Shown here: positions 12,406 to 24,093 of the stretch, one piece after another
How positions within the stretch are numbered: the stretch's first letter is position 1
How the letters are laid out: each line of letters starts with the position of its first letter
Assembly (NCBI RefSeq): GCF_964194155.1
Contig: NC_135881.1
Coordinates: forward strand, 176,080,001-176,144,000
DNA: 64,000 bases
Source: Cetorhinus maximus
Taxonomy: Eukaryota
Reading direction: 5' to 3'
The notes under the pieces: generated by a model
What the model was told of the DNA's origin: nothing
What the model saw: the letters and a program-made list of their open reading frames with translations, nothing else
The model's database searches: none
Program-made: the position numbers and the translations under genes

Positions 12406-13725
12406 TCAGCAAAATGATGTAAGGTGTCATTGACAGTGCTATTAAACACACTTGCACAGCAATAACCCAATCATTGACATTCAGTTTGGGTTCCATCAGG
12501 AACACTCAGCTCCTGACCTCATTACAGCCTTGGTCCAAACATGGACAAAAGAGCAGAACTTAAAAGGTGAAGTGAGAGTGACTGCCTTTGACATCAAGGC
12601 AGCATTTTTCAGAGTGTGGCATCATGGAACCTTAGCAAAACTGAAGTTAATTGGAATCAGGGGAAATCTTTCCACTGGTTAAGAGTCATAGCTGGCACAA
12701 AGGAAGATGGTTGTGGTTGTTGGAGGGCAATCATTTCAGTCCCAAGACATCACTGCAGGAGTTGCTCAGGGTAGTGTCCGAGGTCCAACCATCTTCAGCT
12801 GCTTCATCAATGACCTTCCCTCCATCATAAAGTCAGAAGTGGGGATGTTCGCTGATGATTGCACAATGTTCAGGACCATTTGCAACACCTCAGATACTGA
12901 AGCAGTCCATATCCAAATGCAGCAAAACCTAAACTTGGGCTGATAAATGGCATGTAACATTTGCGCCACACAAGTGCCAGGCAATGGCCAACTCCAACAG
13001 GAGAGGATCCAAACATCTCCCCTTGACATTCAATGGCATTGCCATCACTGAATCCCTCACTATCAACATCCAGGGGGGTTACCATTGACAAGAAACTGAA
13101 CTGGACTGGCCATATAAATACTGTGGCTACAAAAGCAAGTCAGAGGCTAGAAATTCTGCAGCGAGGATCTCACTCCTGACTCTCCAAAGCCTATCCACCA
13201 TCTATAAGGCACAAGTCAAGAATGTGGTGAAATGCTCTCCACTTTTCTGGATGAGTGCTGCTCCAGAACACTCAAGAAGCTCAACACCATTCAGGACAAA
13301 ACAGCCTGCTTGATTGGCACCCCATCCACCACCTTAAATACTTATTCCCCAACCACCGATGCATAGTGGCAGCAGTATGTATTATCTACAAGATGCACTA
13401 CAAAAATTCGTCAAGGCTCCTTCAACAGTACCTTCCAAACAAGCACCCTCTGCCACCTAGAAGGACAAAAGGAGCAGCTGCAATGGGAACACTACCACCT
13501 ACAAGTTCCCCTCCAAGCCACACCATCCTGACTTGGAAGTATGTCGCCTTTCCTTCAATGTCGCTGGATCATAATCCTGAAACTCCCGTCCTAACAGCAT
13601 AGTGAGTGTATCTACAGTCCATAGACTGCTGCGGTTCAAGAAGGCTTCTCAAGGGCAAATAGGGATGGACAACAAATGCTGGTCTAGCCAGTGACGCCCA
13701 TATCCTGTGAAAGAATTAAAAAAAT
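12406..13725 (+). mobile_element. 5'-truncated CR1-superfamily LINE (RT domain plus 3' tail)
   Basis: QFGFHQEHSAPDLITALVQ...FDIKAAF and GVAQGSVRGPTIFSCFINDL...FADDC motifs with frameshifts; A-rich tail at 13710-13725. Confidence 0.9.
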
Positions 13726-13754
13726 TACAACTGTCACTACACTTCAGAACTGCT

Positions 13755-13885
13755 CTGAAGAAGTCATACGGACTCCAAATCTTAACTGTCTTTCTCTCCA
13801 CAGATGCTGTCAGACCTGCTGAGTTTTTCCAGTATTTTTTTGTTTTTGTTTCAGATTTCCAGCATCCGCAGTATTTTGCCTTTAT
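13755..13885 (+). mobile_element. Short Penelope-type terminal insertion beginning at a degenerate hammerhead core
   Basis: 15-bp TSD CACTTCAGAACT(G/A)CT (13740-13754, 13886-13900); starts CTGAAGA-AGTC-ATACG-GACT-CCAAAT. Confidence 0.7.
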
Positions 13886-14079
13886 CACTTCAGAACTACT
13901 TGGCTATAAACGCTTTGGGATGTCCTGAGGTTGTGAAAGGCGTTATAAAAATGCAAGCTTTCTTTACATATATGCAAGTTACCTTTTCTTCTAACGATAC
14001 AATAGTATTTATTCACTTAATTTTCTCTTAAACCAAAATGGGACAAATCTATCAGCCACCAAATCTTGACAGCTCATTT

Positions 14080-14420
14080 CGCGGTCCGGACTAAGCGCCT
14101 GCACACGTACCTATTCGGCACCCCAGGTGGTATTGCGCATGCGGGTACATGCCCCCTCGCTCGACCGCGCTTGCGCACATTGTTCCGGGTTGGTTTCCTG
14201 TCTGTGCAACAGAATTGTTACTCCGTTACTAACGGATACATTCTATTTTAGAATTCTGCCTGGATGGTTTGAACGCTCGCGCTACTCTTTGCCTTGTGAA
14301 GTCTTCCTGACAGCCGGCCTTTATTCGTATCTACTAAAGTTACTTTAAGAGGCCACTTAGTTTAAGTATTTGGCTCACTGCTGCTGATGTTTTCTTCCGG
14401 GAGAGGATTTTCCGGTTCTC
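14080..14420 (+). promoter_or_regulatory. MRS2 CpG-rich promoter with NRF1-like and ETS/GABP-like motifs
   Basis: TGCGCATGCG (14134-14143), CGCGCTTGCGCA (14166-14177), several TTCCGG sites (~14183, ~14395, ~14410); local CpG enrichment upstream of the ATG. Confidence 0.65.
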
Positions 14421-14499
14421 TGCCCTTGACTGCTAAAGACATCATTTATAGGGTCTCAGTTCCTTGGCTGTGAGCGAACTTCAAAGAAGAAATTGGTGA

Positions 14500-14719
14500 A
14501 TGGAGATCTGCGGACTAACTAGGTCTTTGCTACGATCTTTGAAAGAACAAGCTAGATTCACTCTTAAAGTCAGTCCTCTTAAATTATTATGTTTCAAATA
14601 TGGTTCCATATGTAGGATTTCAAAGCCCTGTGCACGTATAAGAAGTATTTCTGCACTTCGTACGCGTGGGTTGGAAATTCAGCCCCAACAAATCCTTCAA
14701 CTCAGGTCCAGCAGGCAGT
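14500..14719 (+). CDS. MRS2: Mitochondrial Mg2+ channel MRS2, exon 1 (basic presequence-like region)
   Basis: ATG opens an Arg/Lys/Ser/Leu-rich, acid-poor peptide (MEICGLTRSLLRSLK...); GTGAGT donor at 14720; phase 1 joins exon 2 in frame. Confidence 0.8.
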
Positions 14720-14956
14720 GTGAGTATGTATTTCGGATACACACATTTAATAGAGCATTACTTGCAAGCTGTATTTTTTGCACTGTAATTTTTCATGGTA
14801 GTTCGTGCAGGAAAGTGGAATGATGTTTGGCTATGTTGGATTTTTGTCACTAGTTTAGTTGGGCTAATAGATCCGGGTTGCACGCTTGTTTTGGGATGAC
14901 CGAGTTGGTACCATAGTCAGAGTAGATCAGCAGACATTTCTTACGTAGAACACATT

Positions 14957-16362
14957 GGCCCGTAACTTCCGCACTCCCCAGCGTCGGATTTGGGGGGGTT
15001 CCCCAAAGATGTGCTGGGGAATCCCTCTGGTAAGTTCCCAGGCAAGGGGCGCAGGGCAATTGACGGGAAGTGCACACTTCCTCTGGACAATAGCGCTGCG
15101 CTGGGAACAGTCCGAAAATGCAATTTAAATTGCAAACTTCGATGGTTCCTCCGGGGTTATACCAATAGTTACCCAGAAAAAGTTAAAATTGAAACCTATT
15201 CTAACTTCTAGGTAACTATTTTAAGGACCCAAACTGACCCCACGGGACTCCCCCACGCCACCACTCTGCCCCCCCACCCAGGACTCACTCCATCCCCCTC
15301 GACCTCCAACAACCCCACCTCCCCCAACCCCACCCACCGACCTCAGATCCCGACCACCCGCACCTTGGACTCCCCACCCGACCTCTGGCCCCCCCCACCC
15401 GACCTCTGGCCCCCCCTACCCGACCTCTGGCCCCCCCTACCCGATCTCTGGCCCCCCTACCCGATCTCTGGCCCCCCTACCCGACCTCTGGCCCCCCTGA
15501 GCTCCGAACACCCTGACTTCCAGACTGCCCCCCCACCTGACTTCCGGACCCCCCACCCCAATTCAACCTCCTGACCCCCCCGAGCTCCAGACCCCCCCCA
15601 CCACCCGACCTCCGGATGCCCCCCTCCAACACCCGACCTCCGGATGCCCCCCTCCAACACCCGACCTCCGGATGCCCCCCTCCAACACCCGACCTCCGGA
15701 TGGCCCCCTCCAACACCCGACCTCCGGATGGCCCCCTCCAACACCCGACCTCCGGATGCCCCCCTCCAACACCCGACCTCCGGATGCCCCCCTCCAACAC
15801 CCGACCTCCGGATGCCCCCCTCCAACACCCGACCTCCAGATGCCCCCCTCCAACACCCGACCTCCGGATGCCCCCCTCCAACACCCGACCTCCGGATGCC
15901 CCCCTCCCGCACCCGACCTCCGGATGCCCCCCTCCCGCACCCGACCTCCGGATGCCCCCCTCCCGCACCCGACCTCCGGATGCCCCCCTCCCGCACCCGA
16001 CCTCCGGATGCCCCCCTCCCGCACCCGACCTCCGGATGCCCCCCTCCAGCACCCGACCTCCGGATGCCCCCTCCCACCCCCACCCCCCAGTTGACCTCCG
16101 GACTTCCCCCGAACTCCGCACCCCCCCTCACCCAACCTACATACCCCCGCCTAACCATCGCACCCTCCCCAAGCTCAGCACTGCCCCAAGCTCAGCACTG
16201 CCCCACCACGCGACCTCTGCACACGCCCCATGCAAACTCTGCATCCCTCCTCACATGACCTCTGCACCCCCCCCCCACCCCCCTCCCTCCAGACCCCTCC
16301 CATTTATTTCTTCTAACATCTGTGGGCCAGCACTTTGCGACGCTGGTCGAAAGTTACGGCCC
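14957..16362. mobile_element. Harbinger-like MITE carrying an expanded minisatellite
   Basis: TIRs GGCCCGTAACTTCC and GAAAGTTACGGCCC; ATT duplicated (14954-14956, 16363-16365) where the sister LTR has a single ATT. Confidence 0.85.
15377..16075. repeat. C-rich minisatellites: ~6 copies of a 20-21-bp unit, then ~17 copies of a 28-bp unit
   Basis: Units CCCGACCTCTGGCCCCCCTA (15377-15498) and ACCCGACCTCCGGATGCCCCCCTCC(AAC/CGC) (15603-16075). Confidence 0.95.
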
Positions 16363-16696
16363 ATTCTATTAATGTACAAAGGAACTGAGCAGCTACGCTT
16401 GTGTGCTTACAACTAAAACTCTCTCTACATAACAGACTCTAAATCTAGACCACTAACTACTAAGGTAGCCCCCCCTACTCTGCCACTGGATAATAAGATC
16501 GTGTGATCTTCCATTATAACATTCTTCTTAGAGGTATATTACACATCAGATTACCACATTCCTCCCCCCTTTATTCAGAAATACATTTCGCATTTACAAT
16601 TACAGTTTTTCTCAATTTCAAATTATTTACACAGATAAGTAATTTACAAATTCAGTCTTTCTGGGGGTTTCCTTATGCGTGTAGAACGTCTCAGCT

Positions 16697-19600
16697 CTAC
16701 AGCTTCAGATGCTTTGTCAGGACCTTCCTTTTCGGTGTTGTCCGACCATCAGACTCTTCAGTGGGCACCTGCAAATCTGTTTCCTCAACTCTTGCAGGCA
16801 CAGCCGAACCTTCAGACACATCTGTACTCAATTGAATTCTTTCAACAGGAGATGTTGATGCAGTCTTGAACACTGGAGGAATCATTTCCAGATACTCTGT
16901 TTCTCTCCTCCTTATATGATCTATATATCTCCGTATGACTTGGTCTTCCACTTTTGCGTGGTAAGAAAGAGGTCCAGTAACTGCACTTATTTCACCTGAT
17001 AACCACTTGGATCCTTCACCAAAAATTTTCACATATACCATCTCTCCTACAGTAAACTTTCTGTCACGACCATGCCAATGATGTCCAGTTTTCTGACTTC
17101 CCTGACTCTTTTCCACTTCGCCCCATAAATTTGGTGTTACTAAGCTCAATCTGGTTCTGAGATGGCATTTCATCAACAATTCCGCAAGGCTTGACACCTG
17201 TTGTCATGTGAGAGGTGGTCCTACAATGGAAAAGAAACCATGCTAGCTTGGTCGCTATGGAGTCTCCAGTTAATTTCTTCATGCCAGCTTTGAATGTTCG
17301 AACTGCTCACCCAGCCAGTCCACTCTAAGAAGGGTGGTACGGTGAAGTTTTTACATGAGTAATACTGTTGAGGCTGATAAAACGTTGAAACTCAGCACTC
17401 GTAAGTGCCGTACCATTGTCTGATAGGATCACTTCTGGTAGTCCGTTGATGGCGAAACTTTGAAGTAGCTTGTCAATTGTAGCAGAAGATGTTGATGACT
17501 TTACCTCATATGTTCATCCATTTTGAGTGAGCATCAACAATAAGGAGAAACATTGTTCCCATAAAAGGTCCCACATAGTCATTATGCAATCGCACCCATG
17601 ACCTTCCTGGCCACTCCCAAGGGTGTAACGGAGCTGTTGCAGGCGACACTGCATACAACTTCTCACTAAGCCCTCTATCTCTCCATCCATTCCAGGCCAC
17701 CATAGAGAGCTGCATGATATGGTCTTCATTCGGGAAATACCTGGTTGTGCACGATGTGGTTCAGTTAACAAAGGCTTTCGTCCTTTTGGAGGAACAATCA
17801 CTCTAGCCCCCCACAGTAAAATACCATCCTGGCTGGTTATCTCATCTTCTGTGAAAATACAGTTTCATTTTGTCAGATTCCTGTTCTTGTCACCAGCCAT
17901 GAAGAACTTTTCTCGTACTTTGGATAAGACTGGGTCTCGACGTGTCCAATCTCTGATCTGTCAAACACATACCAGTAATGAATCTAAGAAGTTCAATAGT
18001 AAAACAAATTCTTGAGGAACTGGAACATCCTCATCATTTTATTTCAAAGGCAAATGGCTAAGTGCATCAGCATTTGCAATCTGATTTCCAGGCCTGTGGA
18101 TGAAAGTATACTCATAATCTGCCAGAATCAACACCCATCTCCATATTCTTGCTGAGGCTATGGGTGGTATAGCCTTATCCTCACTGAACTATCCTAGCAA
18201 AAACTTATGGTTTGAAACGATAGCAAAATGACAATGTGTACATACTGGTGAAATTTCTTGACACCAAAGATGATTGGCAAGCTGCCTTTTTCTATCTGTG
18301 AGTATCCCTCTTCCACTGTGTTGAGTGTTCTTGATACATATCCAATAGGTCTTTCTGAGCCATTGTCCATTCGATGGGAGAGCACTGCTTCCACTCCATA
18401 GGGAGATGTGTCACATGTCAAAACTAACTTTTCTTTGATCAAAATGTACTAATAGGGTGGATGAGTGCAACAGCTGTTTCATCTTTGTGAAAGCTTCTTT
18501 CTGTGGTGTTTGCCAAGACCAAACTTGGTTTTTCTTGAGTAGGTAATACAGGGGCGCCAGTTCTGTCGACAAATTAGGCAAGAAGCATCCATAGTAATTG
18601 ATCATCCCCAAAAATGATTTGAGCTCGGAGGTGTTCTTTGGCACTGGTGCCTCTCACTTTTTCCTCAACCGGGTGGAGGCCCTGTGAATCCACCCTGTGA
18701 ATCCAGGCCTAAATAGATTACCTCTTTCACTTGGAACGTGCATTTTCTTTTTGTTAACCACACTCCCACCTGTGAGAACTGTTTCAAAACTTCTTCCAAG
18801 CTTGCCAAATGCTCCTTTTCAGTGAGTCCTGTCACTAGAAAATCATCTAAATAAACTACAACGTGAGGCAATCCCTGCAGTAAACTCCATTGTTCTCTGG
18901 AATATGGTGCAAGCTGAGGATACACGAAAAGGCAAATGGGTATATTGGTACAAGCCTTTGTGTGCGTTAATTGTGACAAATTTCTGGGAGGCCTTCTCTA
19001 ACTCCAATTGTTGATAAGCGTGACACATATCAAGTTTCGTGTAGGTGGTTCCACCTGCCAGCTTAGCATACAGGCCTTTAATTTTTGGTATAGGGTGTCT
19101 GTCCAACTTAGCCAGTTTATTGACAGTCAATTTGTAGTCTCCACAAATTCAAACATTTTGGTCGGGTTCAAGTACAGGGACTGTTGGTGCTGCCCATTCT
19201 GAGAACTGCACAGGTTGTATCACTTCCAGTTTCTCTGATCTATCCAATTCAACGTCTACCTTTTCCCACATTGCATTAGGTACTGGTCTTGCCTTCATAA
19301 ATTGTGGTGGGGGGCTAGAGAGTGGATCAACATGAATTTTTGCTTTTAGCCCTTGGACCTTCCCGAGTTCATCTTGGAAAACCGATGCATGTGTTTGTAG
19401 TAGCTCAGGTAATCCACTGGCTCTCTGTCCAATCCAATTTAATTTCTTTCAGCCAGTTTCGTCCAAGGAGGCTTAGCCCCTCAACTGCTACCACCATCAA
19501 GGGTACTTTCACTGATTGACTTCCATACTGTACAGCAACCCTGCTTATGCCTTTGATTTTGATGTATTTTCCCGTGTAAGTTTTCAATTCGGCATTTGTT

Positions 19601-20580
19601 TCTTCAAAAGTTAATTTACCTTCTCCATAATTCAGGTATTTAAAAGTATGCTCACCTATTACTGTAGTGAAAGCTCCCGTATCCACCTCCATTATTATTC
19701 ACCCTCACTGTTACATAGATTCCTACCTTTAAATTGTACAATGAATAAATGTCTGAATCTGTTACTTCAGGCTCTTCTAAGTTATGAATCTCATGGATTT
19801 TTTTTGATTGAAAGTGCCTTGCAATGTCTCATGAGGTGTCCGGTTCGATGACAGTAAAAGCATTCGAGTTTTTTTAAACTTCGATTCATTGCAAGGTTGT
19901 CTGCTTCCACCTCTGTTACCATTATTCCATGTTTTCGTTGCTAAGTCATTTCTTTTTATTTGTCTGAAAGCGGTGGCTGCTTCCCGCATCTCATCAGAGC
20001 TGTTGCATTTCCACACCCTTTTGGCTGGGGCTCCCCGCCCAATGTGGAGGACGGTGCCATTTTGCACTCCCCCTATGGCCTTCGAGTCCCTCACTGCGCC
20101 TTCCATGGTCAGTGCCTTTTGAAAATCCAAATTTGTTTCCAACAGTAATCTCTTCTGAATTGCATCTTTGTTTATACCGCACACCAAATGATCTCTAAGC
20201 ATTTCATTTACAGATGTACCAAACTCGCAATATTCTGTCAACTGTTTCAGACTTACCACATAACAAGCAACTGGCTCCCCTGGGCTCTAGTTCTTGAGTT
20301 AAATTTGAACCATTGCATCGTTACCGAGGGCTCGGACTGGTAATGACTCTTCACAAGGTTCACGAAATCATCAAAACTTTTCGAATCCAGGGCACTGGGT
20401 GCCATTAAACTTCGAATCAATCCATAGGCCTTACTCCCACATGTGGATAAGAGGATCGTGTGCCTTTTCTCCTCCCCTGCAATGTCGTCAGCTTGGGAAA
20501 AAAACCGCGAGGCGTTCAACATAATGAGACCAATTGTTCACAGTTGGATCGAAAGGATCAACTCTTCCAAACTGCGGCAT
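16697..20580 (-). pseudogene. Gypsy gag-pol, disrupted by stops and frameshifts
   Basis: gag start MPQFGRVDPFD (20580); CCHC knuckle CFYCHRTGHLMRHC (19862-19821); protease VDTGA; RT YLDD; RNase H LTCDTSPYG; integrase PWEWP..WVRLHNDYVGP. Confidence 0.93.
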
Positions 20581-20740
20581 GCTTCGAGAGGACTGCTTCA
20601 ACGATTAGGATGGAAATTCTATTTACAATTATTGTGCGAGGTACGGCCCAAATTCGGTTCAGTTGATTTGCTCCCTCGCTTTTTCTTGCTTTTTTATCGT
20701 CCTTCCTGCTTTTTCTTGATTTTTCACCTCATCGCCAGTT

Positions 20741-21065
20741 TGTTAGATCCTTGTCACTAGTTTAGTTGGAGTAATGGATTTGGGATGCATGCTTGTTTGG
20801 GGATGACCGAGTTGGAACCATAGACAGAGTAGATCAGCAGGCAGTTCTTACATAGAAAACATTCTGTTTATTTACAAAGGAACTCAGCAGCTACACTTGT
20901 GTACTTGCAACTAAAACCCTGTCTCTACATTACAGACTCTAACTCTAGACTTCTAATTACTGACTACTAAGGTAGCCCACACTACTCTGCTATTGAATAA
21001 TAAGAACATGTGATCTTCCATTATAACATTCTTCTTAAAGGTATATTACACATCAGATTACCACA
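20741..21065 (-). repeat. 5' LTR of the Gypsy element (325 bp)
   Basis: TGTTAG...ACCACA on the plus strand, 3 nt from the PBS. Confidence 0.92.
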
Positions 21066-21073
21066 GACTGGAT

Positions 21074-24000
21074 AACATAAGAACATAAGAAATAGCAACA
21101 GGAGTGGATCATTCAGCCCCTCAAGCCTGCTCTGCCATTCAATAAGATCATGGCTGATCTTCTTGTGTTTCGATTTCCACATTCCCATCTAACCCCGATA
21201 ACCTTTGATTCCCTTGCCTAACAAGAATCTATCTACCTCTGCCTTGAAAATATTCAATGACCCCCACCTCCACCACCGTCTAACGCAGAGAGTTCCAAAG
21301 TCTCACAACCTTCTCAGAGAAAAAAATTCTCTTCTCTGTCCTAAAAGGGCGACCCCTAATTTTAAAACAGTGCCCCTTAGTTCTGGACTCGTCCACAAGA
21401 GGAAACATCCTTTTGACATCTACTTTGTCAAGGCCGTTCAGGATCTTGTATGCTTCAATCAAATCACCCCTCGCTCTTCTAAACTCCAGTGGAAACAAGC
21501 CCAGTCTGTCCAACCTTTCCTCATGAGACAACCCACTCATTCCAGGTATCAATTTGGTAAACCTCCTTTGAACCACCTCCAATGCATTTACAAATAATAA
21601 ATAAGGAGACCAAAACTGCACACACTATTCCAGGTGCAGTCTCACCAATGCCCTGTATAACTGAAGCACAACATCCTTGCTTTTATATTTGAAGTTGGTA
21701 CCCCCTCCGATCCTGCAACTACCACATAGGCCAGTTGAAGAGGAGAAGTTACAAACCCCGATCACACAGTGACCACAGAGACTCAGGCTTCCTTTAACCG
21801 GTTTTATTCAAGCATATGCGAGGGAGCCGCAATCATTCCTAAGAATGAAGACCCAGCTCCCACATTGATTACATTTCATTACTTTTGTACTTTTTCTTAT
21901 CATAATACATTTGAATACATTTGAATATATCCAATTGGTAACTGACACACCGGTCCCATGCTAACACTATCCTATTGAGTACATAAACATGTGATTTTGC
22001 TAACCAATTATTCTAAAGGATGTATACATAATTATATTATCCAATCAAAATTAAAACACGTACGCAAAGATCTTGGTTCTCACAACTCAAGACTGATTGT
22101 GTTTCATCAAAGCCCCCTCTTTGTCTATTGTATGTCCTCCCATATCTAAGCTAAAACCATCCGCCCCTTCCCTATCTGAGAGAGGAGTACACTTAATCTA
22201 ACTTTATGCCATGTTTTATCTCCAGTCTAGCTCTCAAGGCATCATTGCACCACTTGAATTATACTGCCTGCTACTGGACATTAGCTCATCTCTTGACTTC
22301 TGTGTAATCACACAAAGACTCAAAGCCTCTTTGTGTGCAATGTCCATCTGCTTATCCTCAACTGTTAATATGTTTAGCATCAATGGCTGCCTGGAGATTT
22401 TAAGGGTTTTTCAGTAAATTCTTACTGTATTCCCTTTTAGCATTTTTAATTTCCCCCTAACAATATTCAATCCCTCTCGTAATAAAGGATAGCATTCCAT
22501 TAGCCGCTTTAATTACTTGCTGTACCTGCATACTAACTTTTTGTGACTCATGTGCTAGAATATCTAGATCCCTCTGCACCTCAGAATTATGCAGCCATTC
22601 TCTATTTAAGTAATACTCTGTAGTTTTGTTCTTCCTGCCAAAGTGAACAACTTTACATTTTCCCACATTAAACTCCATTTCCCAGATCTTTGCCCACTCA
22701 CTCAAGCTATCAATATTCATCTGCAACCTCCTCATATCCTCTTCACAACATACTTTCCTACCTATTTTTGTGTCATCTGCAAATTTAGCTACCATCTCTT
22801 CACTTCCCTCATCTAAGTCATTGATGTAAATCGTAAAAAGTTGAGGCCCAGTACAGACCCCTGTGGGACTCCACTCATCACATCCTGCCACTCAGAAAAA
22901 GACCAATTCATGCATACTCCCTGCTTTCTGCCAGTCAACCAATCTTCTATCCATGTTAATATGTTATCCCCTGCACCATGCGCTTTTATTTTCCATAATA
23001 ATCTTTGATGTGGCACCTTATCAAATGCCTTCTGGAAATCCAATCTACAGGCTCCCCTTTATCAACTGCACATGTTACTCCTTCAAAAAACTCCGATAAA
23101 TTGATTAAACATGATTTTCCTTTCACAAAACCATGCTGACTCTTCCCGATTGCCTTGAGCTCTTCAAAGTGCCCAGCTATAACCTCCTTAATGATTGACT
23201 CTAATAATTTCCCCACAGCAGATGTCAAGCTAACTTCCTGTTTTCTGCCTCCCTCCCTTCTTGAATAGAGGGGTTATATTTGCTACTTTCCAATCTGATG
23301 GAACCTTTCCAGAATCTAGGGAATTTTGGAAAATTAACACCAGCGCATTGACTACCTCATTAACCACTTCTTTTAAGACTCTAGGATGTAGTCCATCGGG
23401 ACCCGAAGACTTGCCAGCCCGCAGCTCCGTCAATTTTCTCAGTACCTTTTCCATAATGATTTCAATTTCACCAAGTTCCTTTCTCCCATTCACCTCCTGA
23501 TTTGCAGCTATTACTGGAATGTTTTTTGTATCCCCTATAGTGAACACAAAAGCAAAATATTTGTTCATTTCTTCCGCCATTTCCTTATTATCTACCATTA
23601 ACTCCCCACTGTTACTCTCTAGAGGTCCAACACTCACTTCACATACTCTTTTCCTTTTTAAGTACCTGTAGAAACTCTTGCTCTCAGTTTTTACATTTCT
23701 AGCTAGTTTCCTCTCATACTCGAATTTCTTTCTCCTGATTAACCTTTTAGCCATTCTCTGCCGTTCTTTATATTCTGTCCAATCATCTGTCCTGCCACTC
23801 ATTTTTGCGGAGTTGTATGCTTTTTCCTTAAGTTCGATGCTTTCCTTAACTTCATTAGTTAACCACGGATGGTGGGTGCTCCTGTTAGAATTTTTCTTTA
23901 TAGTAGGAATGTACTTATTATGAATACTCTGAAATATCCCCTTACATATCTGCCACTGCTTCTCCACTGATCTATCCTCTAGCCTAGTTTCCCAGTTCAC

Positions 24001-24093
24001 TTCAGCTAGCTCAGCTTTCATCCCCACATAGTTGCCCTTATTTAAGTTTAAGATACTGGTCTTAGACCCACTCTCCTGCTGGTTCCTCAAAAC
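21074..24093 (-). mobile_element. 5'-truncated CR1 LINE interrupted by a solo LTR
   Basis: KSSGPDGLHPRVLKE, QHGFVKGKSCL, DFQKAFDKVPH, SGVPQGSVLG and KFADDTK motifs; (AACATAAG)n tail at 21074. Confidence 0.93.
21690..22462 (-). mobile_element. Solo LTR (773 bp; ERV or other LTR element)
   Basis: TG...CA ends; perfect 5-bp TSD ATATT (21685-21689, 22463-22467); removing it restores the CR1 motif RGIEYKSK; minus-strand AATAAA at 21808-21803. Confidence 0.85.

Larger units (their letters stand above)
12075..13965 (+). mobile_element. tRNA-derived Deu-domain-type SINE (SacSINE1/AmnSINE1-like), interrupted by a LINE and a Penelope fragment
   Basis: A/B-box-like head GTGGCTCAGCTAGTAG...GGTTCAAAACC; body to ~12404 (TTTGTGGGAGCTTGCTGTG..AAATTGGCT); resumes at 13726; tail CGCTTTGGGATGTCCTGAGGTTGTGAAAGGCG..ATGCAAG. 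Confidence 0.7.
14834..16558 (-). repeat. 3' LTR of the Gypsy element, split by a 1.4-kb MITE
   Basis: 14834-14956 plus 16366-16558 align colinearly with 20741-21065. Confidence 0.9.
14834..21065 (-). mobile_element. Full-length but decayed Ty3/Gypsy LTR retrotransposon in MRS2 intron 1
   Basis: Paired TG...CA LTRs (20741-21065; 14834-16558 with insertion); PBS TGGCGATGAGGTG (20737-20725); PPT AGGGGGAGGAA (16559-16570); order gag-PR-RT-RH-INT. Confidence 0.95.

Noticed and set aside
14829-14833. TSD of the Gypsy element (GGCTA versus GACTG at 21066-21070)
   Set aside because: Only 3 of 5 bases match; compatible with decay but not demonstrable.
15457-16416. Long Pro-rich and Gly-rich ORFs in all six frames
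   Set aside because: Translations of a stop-free 28-bp minisatellite; no splice or domain evidence.
16697-20580. Domesticated Gypsy-derived host gene or active element
   Set aside because: gag-pol has many stops and frameshifts, and the LTRs are clearly diverged.
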